From NCBI GenBank assembly GCA_963779755.1, contig CAVZZO010000001.1, positions 288,001 through 352,000 of the forward strand: DNA of 64,000 bases, read 5' to 3'. This document shows, piece after piece, positions 50,396-60,854 of the stretch. Position numbers and translations under genes: made by a program. The notes below the pieces were generated by a model. The model saw only the letters and a program-made list of their open reading frames with translations. It ran no database searches and was not told the DNA's origin. Positions within the stretch are counted from its first letter, which is position 1. Every line of letters starts with the position of its first letter. The stretch is from an uncultured Gemmatimonadales bacterium. GTDB taxonomy: Bacteria > Gemmatimonadota > Gemmatimonadetes > Gemmatimonadales > GWC2-71-9.

Positions 50396-51643
50396 ATGAC
50401 TGCCACGGGTAACCCGCCCAAACCCGAATCCGCTATCCCCGGCGTCCGGGAGGATTTTCCCATCCTGGCCACCCGGGTGCACGGACACCCCCTGGTCTAC
50501 CTCGATAACGCCGCGACCACCCAGAAGCCGCAGCCGGTGCTTGATGCCCTGCTGGGGTTCTACACCAGAGAGAACGCCAACATCCACCGTGGGGTGCACC
50601 AGCTGAGCGAAAAGGCCACCCTGGCGTTCGAGGCCGTCCGGGCCCGGGTCCGGCGGTTCGTCAACGCCCGGGACAGCCGGGAAATCGTCTTCCTGCGCGG
50701 CGCGACCGAGGCGGTGAATCTGGTGGCGTTTTCCTGGGGCCGCGCCAACGTCCATGAGGGCGATGAGCTGGTCGTTTCCGGGATGGAGCACCACTCGAAC
50801 TTCGTCCCCTGGCAGATCCTGGCCCGCGACACCGGGGCCACGCTGCGGATTCTGGCGGTTCAGGAGGACGGAACGCTCGATCTGGACCAGGCGCGGCGCC
50901 TGATCGGCGAGCGGACCCGCCTGGTGGCGGTGGCGCACGTCTCCAACGTGCTGGGAACCATCAACCCGGTCCGGCAGTTGGCCGACCTGGCGCATGCGGC
51001 CGGCGCGCTGATTCTGGTGGACGGCGCGCAGGCGGCGGTGCATGTGCCTGTGGATGTGGAGGCGCTGGGCGCCGATTTCTTCGTTTGCTCCGGGCACAAG
51101 ATGCTGGGGCCCACCGGCAGCGGCTTTCTCTACGGACGGGCCGGTCTGCTGGAGGCGATGCCGCCCTGGCAGACCGGCGGCGGGATGATCTCGCGGGTGG
51201 GCCTGGAGAAGACCACGTTTGCTCCCATTCCCCAGCGATTCGAGGCGGGTACGCCCGCGATCGGCGAGGTCATCGGGCTTGGCGCCGCGATAGACTATCT
51301 CGCCGGCGTCGGGTTCGAAGCCATCACGCGGCACGAGCGCGATCTCCTGGCCTACGCCCATGAGCGGCTGGCCCGGGTGCCCGGCCTGCGCATCTTCGGG
51401 ACAGCCGCGGAGAAGACCGGGGTGGTATCCTTCGCCCTGGAAGGGTGCCACCCTCACGATATCGGCACCATTCTCGACCGCGAGGGCGTGGCCATCCGGG
51501 CGGGGCATCATTGTGCCCAGCCCCTGATGGAGCGCTTCGGGGTGCCGGCCATGGCCAGGGCTTCGTTCTGTCTCTACAACAACCGACAGGACGTGGACGC
51601 GCTGGTGCACGGACTGGAGCGGGTCCGGAAGGTCCTGGGCTGA
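50396..51643 (+). CDS. sufS: Cysteine desulfurase SufS
   Basis: YLDNAATTQKP, ANIHRG, DGAQ, SGHK, RAGHHCA. Confidence 0.96.
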   Translation: MTATGNPPKPESAIPGVREDFPILATRVHGHPLVYLDNAATTQKPQPVLDALLGFYTRENANIHRGVHQLSEKATLAFEAVRARVRRFVNARDSREIVFLRGATEAVNLVAFSWGRANVHEGDELVVSGMEHHSNFVPWQILARDTGATLRILAVQEDGTLDLDQARRLIGERTRLVAVAHVSNVLGTINPVRQLADLAHAAGALILVDGAQAAVHVPVDVEALGADFFVCSGHKMLGPTGSGFLYGRAGLLEAMPPWQTGGGMISRVGLEKTTFAPIPQRFEAGTPAIGEVIGLGAAIDYLAGVGFEAITRHERDLLAYAHERLARVPGLRIFGTAAEKTGVVSFALEGCHPHDIGTILDREGVAIRAGHHCAQPLMERFGVPAMARASFCLYNNRQDVDALVHGLERVRKVLG

Positions 51644-52110
51644 TGGCGGAACTCGACGAGCTGTACCAGTCGGTCATCCTCGACCATAACCGCAATCCCC
51701 GGAACTTCCGGCAGATCCCGGATGCCGCGGGTGAGGCGGAGGGCTACAATCCGCTCTGCGGCGACCAGCTCAAGGTCTGGCTGCAGACCGAGGGGGACCG
51801 CATCACCGACGTGAGCTTCGAGGGGAGCGGATGCGCCATCTCCCGGGCCTCGGCCTCGATGATGACCGCGGCGGTGAAGGGCAAGACCCGAGCCGAGGTC
51901 GAGGCGATGTTCGAGCTGTTTCACCGGCTTGTCACGGGCCGCCTGCCGCCCGACCAGCAGCGCTCGGCGCTGGGCAAGCTCGCGGTCTTCGCCGGGGTGT
52001 CGGAGTTCCCCATCCGGGTGAAGTGCGCCAGCCTGGCCTGGCATGCGCTGAAGGCCGCGCTGGCAGGCAGGCAGGCGGTCAGCACCGACACGGTGGACGA
52101 GGAGCGGTAG
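51643..52110 (+). CDS. sufU: SUF system SufU
   Basis: LYQSVILDH, NPLCGD, GCAISRASAS, RVKCA. Confidence 0.95.
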   Translation: MAELDELYQSVILDHNRNPRNFRQIPDAAGEAEGYNPLCGDQLKVWLQTEGDRITDVSFEGSGCAISRASASMMTAAVKGKTRAEVEAMFELFHRLVTGRLPPDQQRSALGKLAVFAGVSEFPIRVKCASLAWHALKAALAGRQAVSTDTVDEER

Positions 52111-52165
52111 TCCCGGTCGTCAGTTGTGAACCTCTGGATATTGGTCGCTCAGACTGGAGTGGAAA

Positions 52166-52597
52166 ATGCCGTACGATGAACGCTTGGTCGCGCCCATGCG
52201 CGCGGAAGTCACCGACATGGGAGTCCGCGAGCTCCGCACTCCCGAAGAGGTCGACAGGGTGTTGGGGGATGCGCCCGGCACCGTGCTGGTCTTCGTGAAT
52301 TCTGTCTGCGGCTGCGCGGCCGGGAATGCCCGGCCGGCGCTGCGACAGGCCCTGAAACACGGGACGGTCCCCCAGAGCACCGTCAGCGTCTTCGCGGGGC
52401 AGGATACCCAAGCGACGCAGCGCGCCCGGCAGTACTTCGCCCAGTATCAGCCCAGCTCGCCCAGCTTTGCCCTGCTGCGCGAGGGCGAGCCGGTGGCCAT
52501 GGTCCACCGGCACCAGATCGAAGGCCAGCCCCCCGAAGCAGTCGCCCGGCGGCTGACGGATATCTTCGACAAGTTCTGCGCGGCGGAGGTCGGATGA
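52166..52597 (+). CDS. BrxA/BrxB family bacilliredoxin
   Basis: VNSVCGCAAGNARP, VFAGQD, PSSPS, RHQIEG. Confidence 0.92.
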   Translation: MPYDERLVAPMRAEVTDMGVRELRTPEEVDRVLGDAPGTVLVFVNSVCGCAAGNARPALRQALKHGTVPQSTVSVFAGQDTQATQRARQYFAQYQPSSPSFALLREGEPVAMVHRHQIEGQPPEAVARRLTDIFDKFCAAEVG

Positions 52598-52881
52598 GCG
52601 GGCACGTCTTTCACCCGGGCCATGACGCCCTGCATGGCGTCACGGTCGTCCTGGAGACGACCGGCATACGCACCTACGTCGGCCGCTTCGACAAACGCGA
52701 GGCCGGCGTAGTGCACCTGTTGCAGGTCGGCATTCATGAGTCGGCCTCGGCGCCGGAACCGCGCGAGGCTTACCTGCGGCAGGCGGATGAATTCGGTGTC
52801 AGGGTGGATCGGCCGCACGTGACCGTGCCGGAGTCCGAGATCGTCCGCATCACGCCGCTGGGAGAGTTCGCGGCCGGGTAA
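52594..52881 (+). CDS. Small hypothetical protein, possible Sm/LSm-like fold with His-rich N-terminus
   Basis: ATGA overlap with brx; GVTVVLET...YVG and HVTVPESEIVRI patterns. Confidence 0.65.
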   Translation: MSGHVFHPGHDALHGVTVVLETTGIRTYVGRFDKREAGVVHLLQVGIHESASAPEPREAYLRQADEFGVRVDRPHVTVPESEIVRITPLGEFAAG

Positions 52882-52907
52882 GGGCCGGAACGGCCAGGGA
52901 AAACAGC

Positions 52908-52952
52908 AGGGGAATCTGGGAAGCTCACTTTCCCGGGTTCCCCTTTCTTTTT
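52908..52952 (+). terminator. Intrinsic terminator ending the suf-brx operon
   Basis: AGGGGAATCTGGGAAG/TTTCCCGGGTTCCCCT stem followed by TTCTTTTT. Confidence 0.75.
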
Positions 52953-53040
52953 CCCGCGGTCGGCACGATCGAGAGCCCCCGGCTATCTTCTTGCCGTACT
53001 CCGGCGTAAATACACGTTTCGCCTCCGGCCAGGACGGGCC

Positions 53041-53991
53041 ATGTCTGCCAACGTTCTCGAATTGTCGCACGTCACCAAGCGCTATTCCGGTCATGTGGCA
53101 GTCGATGACTTGGATCTCGCGGTCCCCGCGGGCGGAATCTTCGGGCTGCTGGGGCCGAACGGGGCGGGGAAGACGACCACCATCCGGATGATCATGAACA
53201 TCCTGACTCCGGATGACGGAACGGTCACCCTGTTCGGGGGCGGCGGGTCGGGCCGGGACTATTCCAACCGGATCGGCTACCTGCCCGAGGAACGCGGCCT
53301 CTATCCCAGGATGAAGGTGCTGGACCAGCTCACCTTCCTGGGCGAAACCAAGGGCATCAAGCGCGCCACGGCCGCCGGGCGGGCGAAGCACTGGCTCGAG
53401 CGGCTGGGACTCGCCGAGTGGGGCCAGCGCAAGGTACAGGATCTCTCCAAGGGCATGCAGCAGAAGGTCCAGTTCATCGGCGCCCTGATGCACGAGCCGG
53501 ATCTGGTCATTCTGGATGAGCCCTTCAGCGGCCTGGATCCGGTGAACAGCCAGGTCATGAAGGATATCGTGGTGGAGACCGCCCGCTCCGGGCGCACCGT
53601 CATCTTCTCCACCCACATCATGGAGCAGGCGGAGCGGATGTGCGACCGGATCGCCATCATCGCCCGCGGGCGCAAGGTGCTGGATGGCACGCTGACGGAG
53701 ATCAAGCGTTCGACCGGTCATCTCAACGTGATGCTCGCCTTCAGCCGGGAACCGTCCCTGGCCCGGCCGGTCCTTCAGAATCGCAGCCTGATTGGCCGCA
53801 TCGACGATTACGGCTCCAGTGCCGAGGTCGAGCTGGCCCCCGGCGCCGATGCGGAGCAGCTGCTGCGCGATCTGGTCGCGACGGGTGTCGGCCTCAGCCG
53901 CTTCGAGGTGGTGGAGCCTTCTCTCCAGTCCATCTTCATCGCCCGTGTCGGCGCCGATGCGGCGGCTGCGCCGGCAGAGGTTTCGGCATGA
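53041..53991 (+). CDS. ABC-2 exporter ATP-binding subunit
   Basis: GPNGAGKTT, YLPEERGLY, LSKGMQQK, LDEPFSGLD. Confidence 0.93.
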   Translation: MSANVLELSHVTKRYSGHVAVDDLDLAVPAGGIFGLLGPNGAGKTTTIRMIMNILTPDDGTVTLFGGGGSGRDYSNRIGYLPEERGLYPRMKVLDQLTFLGETKGIKRATAAGRAKHWLERLGLAEWGQRKVQDLSKGMQQKVQFIGALMHEPDLVILDEPFSGLDPVNSQVMKDIVVETARSGRTVIFSTHIMEQAERMCDRIAIIARGRKVLDGTLTEIKRSTGHLNVMLAFSREPSLARPVLQNRSLIGRIDDYGSSAEVELAPGADAEQLLRDLVATGVGLSRFEVVEPSLQSIFIARVGADAAAAPAEVSA

Positions 53992-55304
53992 ACAAACTCT
54001 GGGCCATCATCCGGCGGGAATTCCTTGCACGGGTGCAGAGTCGGGCGTTTGTCATCAGCACGGTCCTCGGCCCGGTGATCATGGGCGTCTTCTTCATCCT
54101 GCCGGTGGTGCTGACCAACCGGAATACCGGGGCGAAGCATATCGCGGTGGTGGATGCCAGCGCCCAGGGGGTGGGGGGGCGGGTTGCCGAGGCCTTGGGG
54201 GCGGAACGGCGGGGCAGCGATTCCGCCGGCGCGTTACGCTATTCGGTCGTGCGGGTGGATGCCCGGGGACGGCTGGAGCAGGTGCGCGATTCCCTGGTCG
54301 CGCTCACCGGCCTGCCCCGGAAGCAGGAGCGGGCAGGGCTGAACGGCATCCTGATCGTGACCGACTCCGGGCTGGCCAGCGGGCGACTGCTCTATCTGGG
54401 TGACAACGTCGGCAGTCCGCAGCAGATGCGCCAGCTGGAGCTGGCCCTCAATCCGGTGCTCCTGGCTGTCCGCCTGGAGCAGGCAGGGGTGGATCCGGCG
54501 GTCGTCCGCGAGGCGTCCGGGGGCGTGGATCTCGAAACCGCCAAGGTGGTGGACGGGAGGCTGACGGGAGTCAGCGGCGAGGCGTCCTTTGCCCTCGCCT
54601 ATGGGATGCTGTTCGTGCTCTACATAGCGCTCCTGCTCTACGGCATCCAGGTCATGAACTCCATCATCGAGGAGAAGAACACCCGGGTGGTGGAGGTGCT
54701 GGTGTCGAGCGTGACCCCACTGCAGCTGATGCTGGGTAAGGTGATCGGGGTTGGCTCGGCCGGGCTGCTGCAACTGGCGATCTGGGTCGGCTCGGCCATG
54801 TACATCACCGCCAATCTTGCGGCGATCACCCGGGGGTTTGGCGCCAGTCCGGCAACCGCCGGGTCGATGTCCGTCCCGGTCATCACCCCGGAGCTCCTGA
54901 TCGTCTTTCTGCTCTTCTTCGTGCTCGGCTTCTTCCTGTATTCCGCCGCCTACGCGGCGGTCGGCGCCATGTGCAACTCCACTCAGGAGGCGCAGCAGTC
55001 CTCCGTCATCGTGACCATGTTCGTGGCGGTGGGATTCCTGCTGGTGATCTCGATGCTGGGAGAACCCGACAGCGTCCTGGCGCAGGGCCTGAGCTTCGTG
55101 CCCTTCTTCGCTCCACTGCTGGTGCCGGTGCGCTACTCGATCGCGCCTATCCCTCTGGGGCAGCTGCTCGGCTCTGTCGGCTCGACCATCCTGGGGGTGC
55201 TGGCGGTGGCCTGGGTCGCCTCCCGGATCTACCGGGTGGGCATCCTGAGTTACGGCAAGCGTCCCGGCCTCAGGACGCTGGCACGCTGGATCCGGACGGG
55301 ATGA
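53988..55304 (+). CDS. ABC-2 exporter permease (YhaP/NatB-like)
   Basis: IIRREF, EEKNTRVVEVLVSS, MLGKVIG, IYRVGIL; multiple TMs. Confidence 0.9.
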   Translation: MNKLWAIIRREFLARVQSRAFVISTVLGPVIMGVFFILPVVLTNRNTGAKHIAVVDASAQGVGGRVAEALGAERRGSDSAGALRYSVVRVDARGRLEQVRDSLVALTGLPRKQERAGLNGILIVTDSGLASGRLLYLGDNVGSPQQMRQLELALNPVLLAVRLEQAGVDPAVVREASGGVDLETAKVVDGRLTGVSGEASFALAYGMLFVLYIALLLYGIQVMNSIIEEKNTRVVEVLVSSVTPLQLMLGKVIGVGSAGLLQLAIWVGSAMYITANLAAITRGFGASPATAGSMSVPVITPELLIVFLLFFVLGFFLYSAAYAAVGAMCNSTQEAQQSSVIVTMFVAVGFLLVISMLGEPDSVLAQGLSFVPFFAPLLVPVRYSIAPIPLGQLLGSVGSTILGVLAVAWVASRIYRVGILSYGKRPGLRTLARWIRTG

Positions 55305-55317
55305 GACGAGCTCCCGG

Positions 55318-55926
55318 TCAGGGCGCCGCGGTATCCGGAGGGGATGCGGGCATTTCCGATTCCGCGGAAAACGCTGGGTGCCCGTTCGCATCCACCCCGA
55401 AGCCCGACTGGGTCTTGCCCAGCCTGTCGGCGAACACCAGCGTGGAGGACTCGTCCGGGGCGAGCCCCAGCACGGTGCGCGTACGGCCGTTGCGGTCGGC
55501 AAACGCCATCGTTGCCGTCTCGTCGGCCAGCAGGCCAAGCACGGCGCGGGAGTGGCCGGCGCTGTCGGCGAGCACCAGGCCGGTAGAGCCGTCGGCCATC
55601 AGGGCCACGCTGATCCGGTCGCGCCCTCTGATGTCCTTGAGCAGCAGGCGGGGCTCGCCCTCGCTGGTGAGGCCAAACATTCCGCGAATCGTGCCATGCG
55701 CGTCGCGCAGTACGAAATTCTGCGCGTCCACCGATTGCCGGATGGTTCCGGGGAACCCGGCCCGCGCGTAGACGACCACCAGCGCGGCCGCGATTCCGAG
55801 AACCGCCGTGGTGCCGATCAGGGCCAGCACACTGAGGCGTCGGGAGCGGCGGCTCTCGCTTTCCGCAGTGATCAGGCGCAAGAGTAGATCCTGCGGAATA
55901 TGCGAGCGCGAGGCCGTGTCCGTCAT
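55318..55926 (-). CDS. Membrane-anchored protein with ~23-aa beta-hairpin repeats
   Basis: One TM, then repeats L.D..G..R..[LF]GL..[DE]; ATGA overlap with DUF192 gene. Confidence 0.7.
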   Translation of the reverse strand: MTDTASRSHIPQDLLLRLITAESESRRSRRLSVLALIGTTAVLGIAAALVVVYARAGFPGTIRQSVDAQNFVLRDAHGTIRGMFGLTSEGEPRLLLKDIRGRDRISVALMADGSTGLVLADSAGHSRAVLGLLADETATMAFADRNGRTRTVLGLAPDESSTLVFADRLGKTQSGFGVDANGHPAFSAESEMPASPPDTAAP

Positions 55927-56318
55927 GGGCTCCTCCTGAGATCCTGTTGGGCCGGGGCGGGAGTTACCGGCTGCCAGGCCAGGCGGTCTCCCGCCATCGT
56001 CCCGCTGCGGCAAATAGTTCCGTCAGGCACCTCCAGCGCCGAGCGGGCGGTGCGGTGCCATTTCGTGCGGGAGGCAGGACCCAGGCCTTCGTAGGTGGCG
56101 ACCACCGTGCCGGAAGAGTCCACGAACAGCACATCCAGCCTCGTCCGCAGTCCCAGCGTGTGCACCGCCTGGCAGGGGGTAATGAGCAATCCCCCGCCTT
56201 CCGGCAACGAGCCACGCCCGATCAAGCCCCGGAGTCGTGCCCACCATCGATCGGCCACACCGATGCGGCCTCCCAGACAGGTGGACCGGCTGACGTTGCG
56301 GACCTCCAGCCACTGCAT
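55923..56318 (-). CDS. DUF192 family protein
   Basis: VADRWWARLRGLIG, PCQAVHT, LDVLFVD, ALEVP.G. Confidence 0.85.
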   Translation of the reverse strand: MQWLEVRNVSRSTCLGGRIGVADRWWARLRGLIGRGSLPEGGGLLITPCQAVHTLGLRTRLDVLFVDSSGTVVATYEGLGPASRTKWHRTARSALEVPDGTICRSGTMAGDRLAWQPVTPAPAQQDLRRSP

Positions 56319-57244
56319 CAGAACGACTTGAGCGAGCTGACCAGAAGGAGGACCGCCGGACCGAGCACCACCACGAACATCGCCGGAAATTCAAAAAACA
56401 CGAGCGGAAAGACCAGCTTGACTGTGGTCTTGGCCCCGGCTTCCTCCGCCCGCTGCCGCCGTTTGGTACGCAGGGTGTCGGCATGTACCCGGAGGGCCTG
56501 GGCGATAGAGGTGCCGAAGCGGTCGGTCTGGATCAGCATGGTGACCAGGGAGGTAACCTCCGTCACGCCGGTGCGATCCGCCAGGTGCCGCAGGGCATCT
56601 TCCCGGGGAGTGCCCGCCCGGATCTCGAGATTCACCAGCATGAGCTGCTGGCTGGTCACCGGGCTCAGCGCGCCGATCTCCTCCGCCACCCGAAGCATCG
56701 CCTGGTTCAATCCGAGCCCGGCCTCAACGCACACGACCAGCAGATCAAAGACGTCCGGCAGTGCACGCTCGATTTCCCGCTGCCGGCTGCGTACCCGCTG
56801 GCGCAGCAGGAACACCGGCGCCACCCAACCCATGGCCACGAGCCACAACATGATTCCCAGGAGCTGGAACATGCTGCCACGGAGCGGAAGCGCCACCAGG
56901 CCCAGGAGCCCCAGGCCGAGGACCAGACCGACCCGGATTCCCCAGTAGATCGCAGGTGCGTTCGGCCCGTGATAACCGGCCTGCAGCAACAGCCGGCGCA
57001 CCGCCGGCAGGTCGGCCCGTCGCTCGCTCAGTCGTTCGCCGAGCGCCAGCAGGAGGTTATTGATCCGCTCGGCCTGCTTGCGCCGCTCGCGCCGCCGCCG
57101 CACTTCCAGGGGCAGATCCGCCTCCTCCCGGAACTGGTCCAGCCGCTGGGCCAACTCGTTGGGGGGAGCGGCGAGCGTCTGGGACAGGAAGAGCACCAGA
57201 GAGAAGGCCGAAATGGCGATGCAGAAGATCGCGACATAGAGCAT
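56318..57244 (-). CDS. tadC: Tad pilus inner-membrane protein TadC
   Basis: LPDVFDLLVVCVEAGLG, QTDRFGTSIA, AEEAGAK..VKLVFP. Confidence 0.92.
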   Translation of the reverse strand: MLYVAIFCIAISAFSLVLFLSQTLAAPPNELAQRLDQFREEADLPLEVRRRRERRKQAERINNLLLALGERLSERRADLPAVRRLLLQAGYHGPNAPAIYWGIRVGLVLGLGLLGLVALPLRGSMFQLLGIMLWLVAMGWVAPVFLLRQRVRSRQREIERALPDVFDLLVVCVEAGLGLNQAMLRVAEEIGALSPVTSQQLMLVNLEIRAGTPREDALRHLADRTGVTEVTSLVTMLIQTDRFGTSIAQALRVHADTLRTKRRQRAEEAGAKTTVKLVFPLVFFEFPAMFVVVLGPAVLLLVSSLKSF

Positions 57245-57249
57245 GGGCG

Positions 57250-58227
57250 CTACACCTCGATCGAAATGATCCGGCGGATCCAGAGAAATCCGCAGATCTG
57301 CATGATGACCGCCGAGGTCAGCATGAGCCGGCCCATCGGCTCGGTGAAGAGCAGCCGGATGTAGGTCGGATCCAGCAGGTAGATCACCCCGCCCACCACC
57401 GGCGGTAGCACGGCAAGGATGTACCCGCTCATCCTGCCCTGGGCGGTATACACCCGCAACTGGCGGCGGAGGGTGAAGCGCGATCGGATGGTAGCGGCGA
57501 TATTGTCCAGCGTCTCGGCCAGGTTCCCGCCGACCTCGTGCTGGACCAGCATGGCGGTGGTGAGAATCCGGACGTCCACCGTGGGAACGCGGTCCACGAG
57601 GGAGAGGAGGGTGTCTTCAAAGGGAATGCCGAACCGTTGCTCCTCGGCTACCCGGCGGAATTGACCCGCGACCGGCTCCGGGGATTCATCGCCCACCATT
57701 CGCAGGCCCATGGAGAGCGGATGACCCGCCCGGACGGCGCGCGTCAGCAGGTCGATCGCTTCGGGCAGCTGCTCCTCGACGGCGGCGAGGCGGCGGGCCC
57801 GCCTCCGAAACGCGATCATGGTCGGGATGAGCCCGACGATCAGCCCGATGAGAAGGGCAACCGTCGTGGCCTGTGAGACCAGCGCTGCGGCCAGCGCGGC
57901 GCCCACGCCCAGGCCAAGAGACAAGCCGAGGAACCCCCCGAGCTCCAGCGGGAGTTCTGCCTGCTTCAACAGAGCCGCGAGGTCGGACGCCCGGGGCAGC
58001 CGGCTGAGCAGGATGTCCAGCCGGGAATAGCGCTTGCTCGGCCGGAGGATGGACGTGCCCGGATCGCCGGTTCCCAGCGGGTCGGCGAGGGTGCGAAAGC
58101 TCCGCCGGATGTCCCGCTCTCGCCGGTATTCCCCCCACCACTGGATCAGGAGGACCGCCGCCACCGCTCCCAGGGTGACGGTCAGGAACATCGCGGCGGA
58201 CGACCGCCAGACCTGATTGCCGATCAT
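57250..58227 (-). CDS. tadB: Tad pilus inner-membrane protein TadB
   Basis: [30 protein letters not shown]. Confidence 0.92.
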   Translation of the reverse strand: MIGNQVWRSSAAMFLTVTLGAVAAVLLIQWWGEYRRERDIRRSFRTLADPLGTGDPGTSILRPSKRYSRLDILLSRLPRASDLAALLKQAELPLELGGFLGLSLGLGVGAALAAALVSQATTVALLIGLIVGLIPTMIAFRRRARRLAAVEEQLPEAIDLLTRAVRAGHPLSMGLRMVGDESPEPVAGQFRRVAEEQRFGIPFEDTLLSLVDRVPTVDVRILTTAMLVQHEVGGNLAETLDNIAATIRSRFTLRRQLRVYTAQGRMSGYILAVLPPVVGGVIYLLDPTYIRLLFTEPMGRLMLTSAVIMQICGFLWIRRIISIEV

Positions 58228-59609
58228 CGCTCGCTGCGGGCCGCGTTGTCGAACAGGAGGGCGGGCAGGTCGATACCGTGGGCCAGGAGGCGCTCGGCGA
58301 AGCGGGGACGAACACCCGTCGCCGCGAAGCGGCCCTGTATGGTGCCGTCCTTGGCCACGCCGGTGCGCTCGAAGCGGAAGATATCCTGCATGGTGACCAC
58401 GTCGCCTTCCATGCCCACTAGCTCGGCCAGGGTGATGACCTTCCGCGTGCCGTCCGGCAGGCGGGTCAACTGAATCACCACCTGGATGGCGCTGGCGATT
58501 TGCTGGCGTACGGCGCGATCGGGCAGGTTCAGGTTGGCCATGGAAACCATGGTCTCGAGGCGGCTGAGCGCCTCCCGGGTGCCGTTGGCGTGCAAGGTGG
58601 TGAGGGAGCCGTCGTGCCCCGTGTTCATTGCCTGCAGCATGTCGATGGCCTCGGACCCGCGTACCTCGCCCACGATGATGCGATCGGGCCGCATGCGGAG
58701 CGCGTTGATCACCAGCATTCGTTGGGTCACCTCTCCATGGGCTTCGATGTTGGGCGGCCGCGTTTCCAGGCGAACGACATGAGGCTGCTGCAACTGCAGT
58801 TCGGCCGAATCTTCGACGGTGATGATGCGCTCGGTCACCGGAATGAACGAGGACAGCACATTGAGCAGGGTGGTCTTCCCGCTGCCGGTCCCACCGGAAA
58901 TCAGTACGTTGAGCCTCGCCTTGACGATGCTGCGCAGCAGGGTCAGCATGTTGGGAGTGAGGCTGTTGTTGCGAACGAGATCCTCGCCGCTCAGGGTGTC
59001 GCGCTTGAACCGGCGAATCGACACATGCGGTCCGTCGACGGCCAGCGGCCGGATGATGGCGTTGACGCGGGAACCGTCGGGGAGTCGCGCATCCACCATG
59101 GGCGAGGAATCGTCGATCCGGCGCCCCACGGCCGATACGATGCGATCGATCACCCTGAGCAGATGCCGATCGTCCTGGAAGCGGACGTCGGTCGGCTCCA
59201 GCATGCCCCGGCGCTCCACATACACCTGCCGGTGGGTGTTGACCAGGATATCGGAAACTTCCGGGTCCTGGAGCAGCGGCTCGATCGGTCCATACCCGAA
59301 GATTTCGTCCAGCACCTGGCTGACCAGCAGCTCGCGCTCGTCGAAGTTCAGGGGCACGGTTTCGGAGAGCAGAAGCTCCTGCACCACGCGCTGGATGACC
59401 TCGCCGGCTTCGGGGCGCTGCATCTTTTCCAGATTCGACAGATTCAGGCGTTCCAGCAGCCGCCGGTGGATCCGGGCCTTGAGGTCGAGCATGGCGGAAG
59501 GATCGGCATGCTTCCCGGGCTCGCCGTGTTCGGCGGTTTCCCAGGGGAGCTGCGGGGCTTCCCGCTCCGCGCCGGCGCCGTCGGGCGAGGGATTAGTCGG
59601 CATTGCCAC
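58224..59609 (-). CDS. cpaF: Tad pilus ATPase CpaF/TadA
   Basis: [44 protein letters not shown]. Confidence 0.96.
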   Translation of the reverse strand: MAMPTNPSPDGAGAEREAPQLPWETAEHGEPGKHADPSAMLDLKARIHRRLLERLNLSNLEKMQRPEAGEVIQRVVQELLLSETVPLNFDERELLVSQVLDEIFGYGPIEPLLQDPEVSDILVNTHRQVYVERRGMLEPTDVRFQDDRHLLRVIDRIVSAVGRRIDDSSPMVDARLPDGSRVNAIIRPLAVDGPHVSIRRFKRDTLSGEDLVRNNSLTPNMLTLLRSIVKARLNVLISGGTGSGKTTLLNVLSSFIPVTERIITVEDSAELQLQQPHVVRLETRPPNIEAHGEVTQRMLVINALRMRPDRIIVGEVRGSEAIDMLQAMNTGHDGSLTTLHANGTREALSRLETMVSMANLNLPDRAVRQQIASAIQVVIQLTRLPDGTRKVITLAELVGMEGDVVTMQDIFRFERTGVAKDGTIQGRFAATGVRPRFAERLLAHGIDLPALLFDNAARSER

Positions 59610-60837
59610 GAGTGGTGTCCTTCCGTCGCATGAGCGACCCGAGTCGATGGACCAGGCTGGGGCGGTCCTGCCGCCGCTTGACCCCGTCCTGGGCGGGGGA
59701 GTCCAGCACGGCCGCCGTCATCTCCCGGAGATCGCGGCTATAGCGTGAGCTCCCGTTGAGCACCACCGGCTTGCCGGTATTCAACGCATGTGCCACCGGC
59801 TGGTATTCGTTGGCCAGACGCCAGAACACCGTGGTGCCGACGGATCGTTCGATTTCGGCAACGGAAATCGGGTCCTGTTGCGACTGCCGATTCACGACCA
59901 GGCGGAATTGTTCATCCCAGTTCCGCATACGCTGCCGGAGCAGGGGCAGAAACCGCTGGACATTCCGCAGCGAGGGCAGATCGACGGTGGTCATCATGAA
60001 CAACTGGTCGGCAGACTCGAAGACCGCCAGGGCGGTCGGCGAGAACGCGGTGACATCGACCACGATCTGTTCGTAATGGTCGCGAAGAAAGAGGAGGAGC
60101 CGTCGAACCTGATCCGGTGTGACCGTCAGCGCCTTTTCGGGGTGAAAGGGGGCCGACAGGAGGTGCACCCCGGAGGAGTGGTGCTCGACGTAGGACTCGA
60201 GCAGCTCGCCGTCGAGGCGGTGAAAGTTCTGCACCACATCGAGGAAGGTGTATCGGGGCCGGAGGCCCAGGGCCAGCGCCGCCTCTCCCAGATGGGGGTC
60301 CAGATCCAGCAGCAGGGTGCTGCGGGAGGTGATCTGGTAGGCCAGAATGGCGAAATTCACGGCCGTCGTCGTGACGCCGGTACCGCCTTTGGCTCCGAAG
60401 AAGGCAAAGGAGCGCCCGGGCTGCTGCTGCAGGTCAGCCCCATGGCCGAGCTTCTGGTACACCCGCTCCAGCGTCGCTCGCACCGTCTCCACGTCATGGG
60501 GCGGGGTCAAATACTCGGAAATACCGACCCGCATCGCCTGAAGCAGGAACTCCGGAGCGGGCGCCGGGCCGAATCCGAGGAGCCGGACCTTCGGAGCCGA
60601 CTCGACCAGTGTCGCCGCCAGATGCAAGCCCAGGTCGCTTTCCCGGCTCAGATCGAGCAGCACAAGGTCCGGGGCAAGCTTGCGCAGCTCCCGGACGTTC
60701 GCGTCGCTCAATCGGGAATAGGGAGCTTCGATCTCCATCTCGACGCGCACGATGTTCCCGGCGGCATGGCGCACGGTTTCGCGCAGGGCCGGGTCGCTCG
60801 AGAGGATCGCGGCGCGGAGGGGCTGGGGAGCGGGCAT
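59593..60837 (-). CDS. cpaE: CpaE/TadZ (receiver-like + MinD-like ATPase)
   Basis: [23 protein letters not shown]. Confidence 0.9.
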   Translation of the reverse strand: MPAPQPLRAAILSSDPALRETVRHAAGNIVRVEMEIEAPYSRLSDANVRELRKLAPDLVLLDLSRESDLGLHLAATLVESAPKVRLLGFGPAPAPEFLLQAMRVGISEYLTPPHDVETVRATLERVYQKLGHGADLQQQPGRSFAFFGAKGGTGVTTTAVNFAILAYQITSRSTLLLDLDPHLGEAALALGLRPRYTFLDVVQNFHRLDGELLESYVEHHSSGVHLLSAPFHPEKALTVTPDQVRRLLLFLRDHYEQIVVDVTAFSPTALAVFESADQLFMMTTVDLPSLRNVQRFLPLLRQRMRNWDEQFRLVVNRQSQQDPISVAEIERSVGTTVFWRLANEYQPVAHALNTGKPVVLNGSSRYSRDLREMTAAVLDSPAQDGVKRRQDRPSLVHRLGSLMRRKDTTRGNAD

Positions 60838-60854
60838 GGGCGAGTTCGTTTCCC

